A stretch of DNA of 64,000 bases from Hypanus sabinus (taxonomy: Eukaryota), in contig NC_082718.1 in the NCBI RefSeq assembly GCF_030144855.1, positions 90,210,001-90,274,000 on the forward strand. The letters are read 5' to 3'. Both the position numbers and the translations under genes were made by a program. How positions within the stretch are numbered: position 1 is the first letter of the stretch; each line of letters opens with the position of its first letter. The notes beneath the pieces were generated by a model, which ran no database searches, was not told where the DNA came from, and was given only the letters and a program-made list of their open reading frames with translations. This document shows, piece by piece, positions 51,201-61,165 of this stretch.

Positions 51201-54200
51201 CTCATCCATGTATCTGTCCAAGTTTTTCTTAAATGTTAAAAGTGAGCCTCAGTGGAAAAAGCCTGCTTGCATTCACTCTATCTATACCCATCATAATTTT
51301 ATATACCTCTATCAAGTCTCCCTTCATTCTTCTACACTCCAGGGAATAAAGTCCTAACCTATTCAACCTTTCTCTGTAAATCAGTTTCTCAAGTCCCTTT
51401 CATTCCTGGGATCATTCTCGTGAACCTTCTCTGGACCTTCTCCAATGCCAGCACATTCTTTCTTAGATAAGGGGCCCAAAACTGCTCACAATACTCCAAC
51501 TATGGTCTGACCAATGACTTATAAAGCCTCAGCATTACATCTTTGCTTTTATATTCTAATTCTCTTGACATGATCAGTATCCATCATCAAAGATCTTCAC
51601 CACCCAGCCCATGCTTTTTTCTTGCAGCTGCCATCAGGTAGAAGGTACAAGAGCCTCAGGACTCACGCCCACCAGGTTCAAAAATAGTTCCTACCCCTCA
51701 ACCATCAGGCTCTTGAACAAAAGAGGATAACTATACTCATCTATTGAGATGCTCCCATAAGCAATGAACTCATTTTAAGGACTCTTTATCTTGTTATTTA
51801 ATGCACTTATTATTTATTGCTATTTATTTATATTAGCAGGAAAAAGAATACCCACAGAAAAAAGAATCTCAGGGTTGAATGTGGTGACATGTATGCGCAC
51901 TGATAATAAATTTTACTTTGAATTTTGAATGAACGCTAACACTGGATTTGCCTTCCTTACTGTTGACTCAACATGCAAATTAAATTTTAAGGAATCCTGC
52001 ACAAGGACTCCCAAGCCCCTCTGCACCTTTGATTTCTGAATCACCCTCTTACACGCTATCAACAACTCCACAGATCTTCGTGAACTTACTGATCTTGTCT
52101 CCTAAAATCAAATCCAACTTATTCATATAACAAATAGCACGTGTCCCTGCACTAAACCCTGTAGAACACAACTAGTCAGATATCCAATCACAAGAAGTAA
52201 ATACCTCAATGACTGCAAAGTGCTTCGGGGTGACCCAGGATTATGAAAAGATCATACCATACAAGTAATCTTTCTTTCATTATACTTGGACATCAACCAA
52301 ATATCTTACTTGTTAGTTCATTTATCTGTGGAAAATTGCTTTGCATGAATTGACCATCACATCTCTCTACATTTCATAATAAATTGCATCTACTGCACTA
52401 TTAATTACCAATACTATCTTTACCTCTACAAAATCATAAAACTAGCTACAATTAAATCGAAAGACAGATTAATTAACTATTTTCCTACCATGTTTACAGC
52501 AGAACTGAAAAACTATTCTGCAGTCCTCTGAATTTACATAAATCTTGCATTTTTCCACACTCCTCTCTAGTGTAGTTAGGCATCGAAACATAGGAAGAAT
52601 ATACTAAATAAAAGAAGAAAAGAAAAGCACAGACAGCCAAGAAGTAGTAATAAAATTACCTATCATAATAAATAAACTCAGTAATGTGCTTTCTGGACAT
52701 TTGTCATTTGAAAGGTAGATTACAAATACAGGTTCCTCTCAAATCATTAGTATGATTTGAATACTGTAACAAGACACTGGTAAGAACATATACAAAATCA
52801 TTTTCTAGATGTTCTTAAAAGGGAGCAAAATATGGGCAAGAAATTTACCTTTAAATAATGCTTTTGCTCAAAAGAATCAGGCTTGTAAGAATTGAATGAT
52901 TATTTTAAAAATACTATTTAAAGACTTCTGAATTTTCAAATTTGTTCACATTTTACTAAATTATGTCAAGTAATGAGAGCAACACATAAATAGTGCATTA
53001 TCAGTGGAATACAGAGGATTGCAAAGCCACATTTGATGGAATATTATTTTGTGTTAAGTTATTGAGGAAATGAAAACATTCAGTAACAAGTATAAACTGT
53101 ATTCTTGCTGAATATGGTTTAAATTTAGACATCAGTGACACCAAGATGATTAGCTTGCTGGCTTCTAAATAAGGCATAATAAAGATTAAGAAGATTCTTT
53201 TCCAACTTAGGCAATTCCATATTTCACCACAAGAGCAGGCATATTGTGATTTCTATTATTCAAGCCAATAGAATTCTTATAAACTGAATAAAGACCATGC
53301 TCAGATTTTCTGCCTTCCAGCTAACACCAAAGAAACAATATTAACATAATGTTGTACCAACATATCTTACCATTAAACAAATTTTACACAGTGTATTGAG
53401 AAACACATTTAAATCCTGTTTAAATAAAAAATATTATTTAGGTGTCTATGTCAACCATTTTAACCTGTAGGCTGTGAAAACACAAACTTTACCTTAACTG
53501 CTACTTTACAGTTGAGGGGTACAACCTCAGCTTCAGTGCAATCTTGCTGCTGCTTGACATCCCGACTATAATGCAGGAAGAAGAGGGGAGCAAATAAAAA
53601 ACAAGCATATCCTGATCCAGAAGAATTAACTGATCTCAGTGCAAGCTGTGGAAAAAAAATAATGATTAACTATTCTAGAATACTACTGAATATTCAAAGC
53701 CCTTTGACGAATTAAGTAGGAAAACAATTACTTTACTTAAAAAGATTCATGATCAGGGTATAAAATTTTAAAGGAGCTTGCCATTTTTCAAAATTAAGGA
53801 AGTGATCCCTTATCAATTTTCTTTTCTTTTTTTTAAATCTAATCTTTGTTTCTCTTTTGAAGGACCTGAGCCATAATGAAATTCAGTGCCAGCCCCCTTT
53901 GGAATAGTTTAACATAAATAGTGTTTTCCAATTAGAATCATAAAACAGCTAATATTATGGCTGAGCCATTATACCTTGAAGATATTTAAGTTATGAAAGT
54001 ATACTTTAATGAAGTACTGAACATGCCAACAAGCAGTAAGGAAATTTAAAAACATCTTTGTTCAAATTCACTAAAGAAAATATCATATAATGAATCATCA
54101 CCAAGGTCCTCAGGCAAGCAGTCTAGCTGATTGTTGCTCAAAAGATTTTAAAATGCTCCATGACGGTTAAAGGGGAACAACAGGAATGGTTTATTTAATT

Positions 54201-55393
54201 TCCCTCCTAACCTGCATGACTACTGAAGTAAAATTTTTAATACAATTTATTTATTTGGGTCAAATTTGGTCCAAACTCCTCCACCTATTATGTTGAACCA
54301 GCAGGAGAAAGCTTAGCCAGTTGGTCATCCATTGCACCCACCCCACAATGCAATAATTAAGAGACCACTACATATATGAAAAGATTAAAATCAGAACATT
54401 CTGAAAGAAAGGGTATGTTTTATCCAATTTTAACACTTCCTAGAAGTTAAGGCTCACAAACATATTGTCAATTTCTACAACTTACACCGTTTTTCAAAGG
54501 ATCAAACCATAATTCATCGCCAATTCGGGAAAGGGCATGGATTGCTTTTCCAAAAGCTGCAAAGTACAGATAACATTTTTCATGATTAAACATTAATTAA
54601 CATTTCATTTTCCTTCACTGTTTAACATACTCATATTCAGATTCAGATTATTGTCATTTAAAAACCACAAATGCAATGCAGTTAAAAAGTAAGACAACGT
54701 TCCTCCAGAATGATATCACAAAAGCACATGACAAAACAGACTACACCAGAAAATCCACATAATGTTTGGCAATCCCAATCCAGAGTCCGGAGAGGCTGCT
54801 ATGTATTAATATTGCGTTATCATCTTAGCGTGTTCCCCGGAAAGGAGCTCCAAATCCACCAGACAAAACATTATATGTATGGATTATACGTAGCATTATG
54901 AAACAAAATCACATATTATAGCATGGTTAATTATGGCAATTACAGCTGACCTGAAAACCAGATTATTTTGCCCACCACCTGGGTGATTAATTTGTAGGAT
55001 TAAAAGAAATCATTTAAGCTATTGAAAGTTTAGTTTGGGCTCTTACATCAGATGTCAAACAAAATCAATGGAGAGATGAGGAAAAAGTCTTAAAATGTTA
55101 TCTTTAATAATAATGTTAATGAAAACCATACTGATGACAATTCGGATCATAGATCTAGAAAGCTAAAAAGCCTACTCTATATTCAAAAAATGACTGGTAA
55201 AGAAGTTCAGCGAATGACAGGTCTGAAAACAAAATTGTGATTAATTAAATACAGTCCGTCCACATTTATTCCTTTGAATAAATGTAAACTGACTAAATAT
55301 GCCGTTAAAGCATAAGCATCTGTTACATTAATAAAAACAGTGAATGTTTTAGAAGCTACCTCTCAGGTTGTTTGCGGGAATGATGCATTTCAT
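33113..55393 (-). CDS. RAD9B: Checkpoint clamp (9-1-1) subunit RAD9B, whole spliced CDS: complement(join(33113-33277,37192-37447,39689-39814,41142-41206,46790-46896,47015-47121,48513-48612,52489-52603,53493-53645,54486-54556,55360-55393)), 1299 nt, 432 aa
   Basis: [31 protein letters not shown]...LALRSVNSS...[16 protein letters not shown]...FVLATL...[13 protein letters not shown]...LANDSEEE is Rad9 family. Eleven exons with GT-AG introns and consistent phases. The B paralog is assigned from tail-to-tail position with PPTC7 and B-like segments ([29 protein letters not shown]). Confidence 0.92.
33385..35463 (+). mobile_element. Long decayed CR1 LINE (RT domain to 3' end) in RAD9B intron 10
   Basis: Frames [34 protein letters not shown]...[11 protein letters not shown]; CR1 3' end ...cttatatcttatggtc. 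Confidence 0.9.
35470..36170 (+). mobile_element. Rex/Babar-like 3' fragment
   Basis: ctcaatgtcagcaaaaccaaagagatggtcactgacttcagg...ttggtacatgtgacaataataaacca; related to 47270-47960. Confidence 0.7.
37192..37447 (-). CDS. RAD9B: RAD9B exon 10 (disordered tail)
   Basis: ccggcag acceptor gives the required phase; [15 protein letters not shown]...[11 protein letters not shown]|gtagag; 256 nt. The 5' boundary is less certain. Confidence 0.8.
39195..39650 (+). mobile_element. CR1 LINE 3' fragment next to RAD9B exon 9
   Basis: [46 protein letters not shown]; 3' end gggccgaatggcctgttcctgtgctg. Confidence 0.85.
39689..39814 (-). CDS. RAD9B: RAD9B exon 9
   Basis: ttttacag|[30 protein letters not shown]...DNK|gtacag; 126 nt. 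Confidence 0.9.
40111..40186 (-). mobile_element. hAT-type mini-MITE, same family as 11018-11094
   Basis: tagggattctcatcctggggtccatggacccc...ggttgggaacctctg; flanks TTCTATAA / CTGTATAA. Confidence 0.65.
41142..41206 (-). CDS. RAD9B: RAD9B exon 8
   Basis: actttaag|[22 protein letters not shown]|gtgagt; 65 nt. Confidence 0.92.
42697..42933 (+). mobile_element. Tc1/mariner-derived fragment
   Basis: Starts TA-ctctcagtggccactttattaggtaca, a typical Tc1-family TIR; second TIR not seen. Confidence 0.55.
44225..44707. mobile_element. Composite Tc1/mariner-type non-autonomous element with hairpin ends
   Basis: TA-CAGTACTGTGCAAATGTCTTAGGCAC...GTGCCTAAGAGTTTTGCACTGTATTG-TA; each end is itself a 67-bp inverted repeat. 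Confidence 0.75.
44990..46230 (+). mobile_element. Heavily decayed CR1 LINE
   Basis: Collinear with the 33385-35463 CR1 (...ggaattaaata..., catggatttatgaaagg, caagtttgctgatgacatgaag = KFADD). Confidence 0.6.
45119..45289. mobile_element. Inverted-repeat Penelope-like tail inserted in a decayed CR1
   Basis: cacacacaaaatgctggag...catctatggaaaagag is the reverse complement of ctcttttccacagatg...ctccagcattttgtgtgtg; the loop contains CCCGAAACATCAACTG. Confidence 0.75.
46790..46896 (-). CDS. RAD9B: RAD9B exon 7
   Basis: atatag|[36 protein letters not shown]|gtatgg; 107 nt, after a 118-nt intron. Confidence 0.93.
47015..47121 (-). CDS. RAD9B: RAD9B exon 6
   Basis: tttttaaag|[35 protein letters not shown]|gtaact; 107 nt. 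Confidence 0.92.
47270..47960 (+). mobile_element. Rex/Babar-like 3' fragment
   Basis: aacaaaagagctggtcactgacttc...ctctacttcttcaagaggctaaa...agagctgtggacaca; homologous to 35470-36170. Confidence 0.7.
47977..48158 (-). mobile_element. tRNA-derived SINE
   Basis: Minus-strand head GCTGGTGGTGTAGTGG (A box)...GAGTTTGAATC (B-box-like), followed by a non-tRNA body. Confidence 0.7.
48513..48612 (-). CDS. RAD9B: RAD9B exon 5
   Basis: tttgcag|[34 protein letters not shown]|gtagga; 100 nt. Confidence 0.93.
48775..49300. mobile_element. Two decayed DeuSINE (SacSINE1-like) copies in opposite orientation
   Basis: The plus copy (about 48996-49300) has a tRNA-like head (ggcaacactttcacc...tcagaa...gaattcccactc), then ...aaatagatta...tcacattgctgtt...gctgtgc. 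48775-48965 resembles the reverse complement of the 3' part (gctttcacaagctcaga...aatgaagtact). Confidence 0.55.
50300..52190 (-). mobile_element. Nested cluster: old CR1(-) > CR1(-) 50651-52040 > CR1 3' end(-) 51085-51395 and Rex-like 3' end(+) 51573-51930
   Basis: ORF 50331-50588(-) [10 protein letters not shown]...[24 protein letters not shown]; CR1 tails cataagatcataagacacagg (50653) and ccatagaacattacagcacag (51088); host text is interrupted and resumes around each insert. Confidence 0.8.
52489..52603 (-). CDS. RAD9B: RAD9B exon 4
   Basis: tttatttag|[39 protein letters not shown]|gtagga; 115 nt. Confidence 0.93.
53493..53645 (-). CDS. RAD9B: RAD9B exon 3
   Basis: ttccacag|[26 protein letters not shown]...LNCKVAVK|gtaaag; 153 nt. 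Confidence 0.93.
54486..54556 (-). CDS. RAD9B: RAD9B exon 2
   Basis: tttgcag|..[23 protein letters not shown]|gtaag; 71 nt. Confidence 0.93.
55360..55393 (-). CDS. RAD9B: RAD9B coding exon 1
   Basis: gcaccATG AAA TGC ATC ATT CCC GCA AAC AAC CTG AGA G|gtagct; possible acceptor (gacag) 22 nt upstream of the ATG. Confidence 0.85.
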
Positions 55394-55499
55394 GGTGCTG
55401 TCCTTGGGGTTTCACCTGTCACTAATACAGATAAGGCTTGATTTTAACAACTGAGACGGTAAAATGGTTTTAAAATAATAATCTTAAATGAGGAGTTGT

Positions 55500-56300
55500 A
55501 TTTTCTCTATGCAGCACATGAGCATATTCCCTGATCCCGGGGAAACTGTCCATGTAGACGGCGGGCGCGATGGACGCTCGAGCTTTCGCGCCATCCGCTG
55601 GGGCCTCGGGCCTCGGCCGTCAGTTCCTCCACAGGACGAGGCCGGGTTCCGCATATCGCCGGTCACCGGGCTCATCAGCTGGCCCAAGTCCTCATGGCTA
55701 CCGACAATCCCTTCAAATCCATTGCAAAGCCTGCCCCTACCCCAACTCCACGCGGACAACGACAGTGTTCCTATACAACCCTCCCGCCGCGGCTTGCATT
55801 CCGCCATTAGGCTAGTCAGTCAGGTACCAGTTTATCAAATACCTTGTAAGGAATTAAAATAAATTCACAAAGGATGAACAACCGGGTACATGACGTGTCT
55901 GCATTTTAGTGTTACTTCATTCATACGTTGTTAAATCCAAGTTCCCTCAATGTAACATCTGGCTTTTGGTCCATTTCCAATACCAGATGTGCTTTTGTTG
56001 GCTACTCCAGTACGTGCAATAAATCGGCTCTTGTAGTTTTTACGTTCTTTGACGTGGTGTTTTTTTTTCTATTTTTGAAGCTGGGGCATAAAATTGTTTT
56101 TTTTAAACTGGCAACTGACGTATTTCAAAAATTATCTACCCACGCTCTTGATACAGAGAATAGAAATGGGCATTATCAATCGCCGGCTACCTCAAACACG
56201 TAGCGTTTAAATTATACTGCTAAGATTCTGGGCGGAAATAAAGACACGTCAAAGGTAAATGCTATTGTGCAGTGCGCCTTTGATATGTCATTTAATGTGC
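55500..56300 (-). promoter_or_regulatory. CpG-rich region upstream of the RAD9B ATG with E2F- and CHR-like motifs
   Basis: CpG-dense 55550-55810; TTTCGCGC at 55584-55591; GGCGGAAA at 56231-56238; TTTGAA on the minus strand at 55717-55712. Confidence 0.55.
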
Positions 56301-56749
56301 TTTGATTTAGCCACGAAAAGATCAGATAATCCTCTGAACAAATAAAGAATGAGTCTTGGAATCAAGGGAGATAGTTCACTGTGGGAACTGTTTTGAAGAT
56401 AAGCCTTATGGCATTAATCATATCTGTTTTTATCTTTTGCCTCAGAAAATTAACCAAATGATTAATTCTGTGCTCAACTTGCCAGTATTGAATGCTAAAG
56501 TCTCCTGAAGTAGTGTTGGAGTTCTGTGGTGTTAATGGGATGACATTGTCTGGAGTACCTGCAATCCCACCATCTCAAGGGATGGAAATATCTCCGCCAT
56601 ACAAAACCATTTCCAGCCAACAAAATCGACAAAATAAGGAGCACGTTGAATACAGTGAACCGATTCAATAGACAATAGGTGCAGAAGTAGACCATTCGGC
56701 CCCTCGAGTCTGCACCGCAGCTCTCGAGTAAACGATTCCCTGGCAGAAC

Positions 56750-56751
<2 letters not shown>

Positions 56752-56782
<31 letters not shown>
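56752..56782 (+). repeat. (GA)n microsatellite
   Basis: gagagaga... run of about 15 units. Confidence 0.95.
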
Positions 56783-56785
<3 letters not shown>

Positions 56786-57021
56786 CAATAGATCATTCTG
56801 CAACAGTCTGCAGAGAAAGAACTTCCTCAGATTGATAGTTCTACCTCATTGTGAGACTAATAAAGTACTAAATTTCAGACCGATCAGGAACTATCAGTCT
56901 GTCACCACGTTCTGACATTGGAATGTTTATACTATGACAGGAGCTGATAACTCATGCAAGATGAGATGCAGAAAGTGGAGATGATATTCAGTATCTGACA
57001 AGCAAAGGGCAGAAAGTTTAC

Positions 57022-57240
57022 ATTTATTTATTTATTTATTTGCATTTATTGAGATACAGCACAGAATTGGCCCTTCAAGATGTGCTGCCCAGAAATTCCC
57101 CCAACTTAAATCATGAGACAATTTACAATGACTAATTAACCTTCTAATGTATTTGGACAGTGGGAGGAAACAGGAGCACTCAGAGGAAACCCACACGGTC
57201 ACAGCGAGAACGTATAAACTCCTTACGGGCAGCGGCGAGA
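57022..57240 (-). mobile_element. V-SINE/HE1-like SINE with (TTTA)n tail
   Basis: ttggacagtgggaggaaacaggagcactcagaggaaacccacacggtcacagcgagaacgtataaactcc core. Confidence 0.75.
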
Positions 57241-57896
57241 TGTCTACCTGTTCAAGTTAATGCCAATTAAACAAGGTAGAAATCCTACTTGGCATTAGAT
57301 AAGATGAGGTGACTCGAGGCAACTGATAGCATTAAGAATGCACTAGAATGCTGGGGAGAAGATTGAATATTCTTTTTAATGTCTGTATCATTGGAAGAAC
57401 TTTCACATGAACAACTATGGAAGAAAACAATACTGCCTTTCTGCAAACATTAACCTCCTCACTAACATGGACAGCACACACTGTTTCCTGAAGCCCCATA
57501 TTGCCAGCTGCTGTGTGCAAAACAAAAAGACCTTGAGAATGTTAGGCAGGATGAAGCAGCGAAGAGAGAAAACTAAAATAATCACACCTTCTGAGTTTCC
57601 CCAAATAAGTGACTCTTCCCACTCAGCAAAGTGCAAACAGATTATTTCATAGTTGGAGGATGAACTACAGGACATTTGCCATTTGCCATCTCCTTTCATT
57701 TCTGTGTATCAAGACCAACTCCTTATTGCACCTCCAATATGGAAAATGGGACTGAATTCTTTTCATTCTTAGTTGGAAGAAATGTTTCCCAGAAGGGCAA
57801 ATATCACATTGCCGTTGATTGTCAGGGTGAGCGTAGCACCTTACAGTATCATGCATTTTGTCTTATATTTTCCATTCCAACAAACGTGACTTATTT

Positions 57897-58256
57897 TCAG
57901 AATCAAAATTAGATTTAATATCACCGGCATATGTCGTGAAATTTGTTAACTTTGCGGCAGCAGTACAATGAAATACATGATAAACAAATATAAAGAATAA
58001 AACTGAGTTACATTAAGTATATATAAATATATTAAATAGGTAAGTTAAAATAAGTAGTGCAAATAATGTAAAAGTAGAAAGGTAGTGTTCATGGTTCAAT
58101 GTCCATCCAGAAATTGGATGGCACAGGGGACAAAGCTGTTTCTGACTCATTGAGTGAGTGCCTTCAGGTTTCTGTACCTCCTTCCCAATGTGTGAAGAGG
58201 ACATGTCTTGGCTGGTGGGGATCCTTAATGATGGATGCTACCTTCCTGAGGCACTG
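57897..58256 (-). mobile_element. Rex/Babar-like 3' end
   Basis: tcagaatc...tttaatatcaccggcatatgtcgtgaaatttgtt; reverse complement of the 6900-7196 type. Confidence 0.75.
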
Positions 58257-58604
58257 CTTCAGTTTCATTTTATTAGTGTTAGGAAGCACACAACTTTACC
58301 AGGATTAGATAGTGTAAGATGCCATCAACTGTGCAAGTATCACTGTGAGTGCTGCATATCAATTTTGAGATCTACGTTAACTTGAAAAGAGTCCAGTCCC
58401 TCGAAGAGCAGCTGATTGGTATTAAGATCAATGCCTTATAAAATAGCAATATATTATAGTACTATCTGTAACTGAGACATCATGAAATACTAAAAGATAT
58501 ATATTTTTGTCAATCTGTGCCTATCTAAATTTGTATAAAATTTCAACCCCTCTTTCAAAATTTTCCCACTTTATTTGATTTCCAAACACAACCAAACAAC
58601 ACCA

Positions 58605-59392
58605 TCCTTGCAGTTATATAGGACCCTGGTCAGACCCCACTTGGAGTACAGTGCTCAGTTCTGGTTGCCTCACTACAGGAAGGATGTGGAAGCCATAGAA
58701 AAGGTGCAGAGGAGATTTACAAGGATGTTGCCTGGATTGAGGAGCATGCCTTATGAGAATAGGTTGAGTGAACTTGCCCTTTTCTCCTTGGAGCGAAGGA
58801 GGATGAGAGGTGACCTGATAGAAGTGTACAAGATGATGAGAGGCATTGATCGTGTGGATAGTCAGAGGCTTTTTCCCAGGGCTGAAATGGTTGCCACAAG
58901 AGGACATAAGTTTTAAGGTGCTGGGGAGTAGGTACAGAGGAGATTCAGGGGTAAGCTTTTTACTCAGAGATTGGTGAGGGCGTGGAATGCACTGCCAGCA
59001 ACGGTGATGGAGGCGGTGTGGTGAACTACATATACCTGTCTGGACACGCCCCTCCTACTGACTGCTCCTGTGGCTCCTCCCACTGACCCCGGTAGAAAGG
59101 CGATTGGAGCCACAGACCCTTCCTCAGTCTCCAGGATGTTGTGTTGTGGTCGCTTGCTGCTTGTGCTTTCTTCCAACCAATAAAAGCCTACCTTAACCCA
59201 CGTCTCAGAGTTACTGATGGTGCATCAGGCGGATAAGATAGGGTCTTTTAAAAGTCTTTTCGATAGGTACATGGAGCTTAGTAAAATAGAGTGCTATGGG
59301 TAAGCATAGTAATTGCTAAGGTAGGGACATGTTCAGCACAACTTTGTGGGCCAAAGGGCCTGTATTGTGCTGTAGGTTTACTATGTTTCTAT
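58605..59392 (+). mobile_element. Well-preserved CR1 LINE 3' end containing a solo LTR
   Basis: Uninterrupted frame [44 protein letters not shown]...; 3' tail gggcctgtattgtgctgtaggtttactatgtttctat. Confidence 0.9.
59017..59227 (+). mobile_element. Short solo LTR (211 bp)
   Basis: TGTGGTG...GCATCA termini; perfect 5-bp TSD GGCGG (59012-59016 / 59228-59232); AATAAA at 59179; the CR1 reads through once it is removed. Confidence 0.85.
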
Positions 59393-59819
59393 TTTTCTAG
59401 CCTTGTTCAATCGTGTCAGTGCTACAATATCAGAAGTTCACTGAAATTGAATGAACTCAATCTCTAAGCTTCATCCCAAATCTGGAGCTCTCAGTTTCCT
59501 CTCTTCATTTTCTGTTTGGCATTAATTTCTTTTTCAATAAAAAGCACTTTGACAAGTCTTCCTACAGATGGAAAGTGCTGTAAAGTGCAATTGGCCACTA
59601 CAAATGGTGAAGACATAAAGGGAAATTATGCTATAGGGAAACTGAAATGCAAGAAACAAACAAAATAGCTGCTGGATATTTTGCCAGTATATTTATTTTA
59701 GATTTCCAGCATCTGCATTAATTTTAAAAATTTTAATTCAGCTGACACTACTATTACTTGTGTCATTCAATCCCTAAACAAAAGAAATTTAAAATTCAAA
59801 ACAATGATTTCATATTTCA

Positions 59820-59941
59820 AAGATTGTCCTGTTGGCAGCGCCGTCGGGACCGGTTCCTAAACTGCAATTTGATTGGTTGCCCCTGCAGTGGGTGTTGCGT
59901 TTGTTCATTGAGAAGCTGGTCTTCGTTCGTACGCTGGGAAA
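59820..59941 (+). promoter_or_regulatory. Small CpG-rich promoter/5' UTR region (probable VPS29 promoter)
   Basis: Local CpG cluster 59830-60060; reverse CCAAT (ATTGG) at 59872-59876; directly precedes ATG|GTGAGT. Confidence 0.5.
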
Positions 59942-59944
59942 ATG
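59942..59944 (+). CDS. VPS29: Probable VPS29 first coding exon (start codon only); rest of gene beyond window
   Basis: gaaaATG followed immediately by the consensus donor GTGAGT inside a CpG patch divergent from RAD9B. Vertebrate VPS29 is head-to-head with RAD9B and its first exon codes only Met. No downstream VPS29 exon was found in the window. Confidence 0.55.
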
Positions 59945-60455
59945 GTGAGTTTATGGAGCTTGGGAGCCGTGCGTTGCAGTGCCGTCGTTTGTTTTCCCTT
60001 TGGTTGTCTTGATAACAACAAAACGCGTTGGATCTTTCAACGTGCCTAATGCTCGAGCAATGGATTTAAGAGGTCCAGGGGCGGTGGTTGGTGTCTAGGG
60101 CCTGCAAGTGAGTTTGGGGCAGTCACATGATGCCTGTCAGCTGGAGTGGACGAGCCTCTGCTCGGGGGTAGGGGCTGTTCAGGCAAGTGGCGGTGGTACC
60201 ATCCAGCAGCAACAGCCCAGCTGCCTCCCCTTCTTCCTGTGTTGTATGAATGATCTGTGCAATAGTCAGTCCCTGGTCATGCGATTTTTAATAAAAGACT
60301 ATATCGGTGTTGGAAAAAATAATAGAATTGTCATGCTATTTTATTAATCAGGAATATCCATTAAAGTATGACCAATTTAAAATGTTTAATTGTTTTATTT
60401 TGTTTACCGTTTCAACGAAACATATAGTTTGACCTAACTCCAGAATGACTTAAAA

Positions 60456-60524
60456 CTGGGGTTACCAACCTGGGGTCCATGGACCCCTTGCTTAATGGTG
60501 TTGGTCCATGGCGTAAAAAAGGTT
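60456..60524 (-). mobile_element. hAT-type mini-MITE, third copy (one end truncated)
   Basis: ctggggttaccaacctggggtccatggaccccttgcttaatggtgttggtccatggc, nearly identical to 40111-40186. Confidence 0.65.
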
Positions 60525-60794
60525 AAGGCTTAAAGCCTTGTAGAATATGCCTTTTTATGCTGCAGGAAGTAAAATGAAGCGTCTTTGTAGGCCTCTTGAC
60601 CCCCTCCGTAATGCTTCGGAGGAAGTAAGCTTTCCTGTCTGCTTAAAGTTAATTGCCAAACAATTGAAAGTTATGCACGTGTAAACAGAGCTGGTACAAC
60701 CTCAGGAGAATTTAATTTACACCCCATATGTTAAGTATTATTGGTTTCATGTAGACAATACTGTAGTTACCTTGTTAATAGTTGGTGTTGATGA

Positions 60795-61165
60795 TTGAAA
60801 CCTATTGAATGGTGAAAGGACTTGATAGAGTGAATGTGGAGAGAATGTTTCATAAGGTGGGAGAGTCTAAGACCAGAGGACATAGCAGAATAGAGGGGTA
60901 TCCTTTTAGAACAGGGATGAGGAGAGATTTGTCTAGCCAGAGAGTGGTAAATCTATGGAATTCATTGCTACAGGCAACTGTGGAGGCAAAGCCTGTATGT
61001 ATCTTTAAGACAGAGGTTGATGGATTCTTGATTGGTCAGAGCATGAAGGGATACAGGAAGAAGGCAGGAGATTGGGGCTGAGGGGAAAATTGGATCAGCC
61101 ATGATGAAATGGTGGAACAGATTTGATAGGCCAAATGGCCTAATTCTGCTCTTGAGTCTTAGAGG
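60795..61165 (+). mobile_element. CR1 LINE 3' fragment
   Basis: VKGLDRVNVERMF...SQRVVNLWNSLLQATVEAK...FKTEVDGFL. Confidence 0.85.

Noticed and set aside
55484-55862. Three overlapping ORFs of 81-124 aa upstream of RAD9B
   Set aside because: Stop-poor GC-rich promoter DNA with no homology recognised; the real RAD9B start exon is at 55360-55393.
58575-58916. 113-aa uninterrupted ORF, and similar ORFs at 39102, 60809, 33838, 34475
   Set aside because: Fragments of CR1 ORF2, not host genes.
59796-59813. Minus-strand ATG AAA TCA as an alternative RAD9B start
   Set aside because: Stops after 5 codons (MKSLF*).
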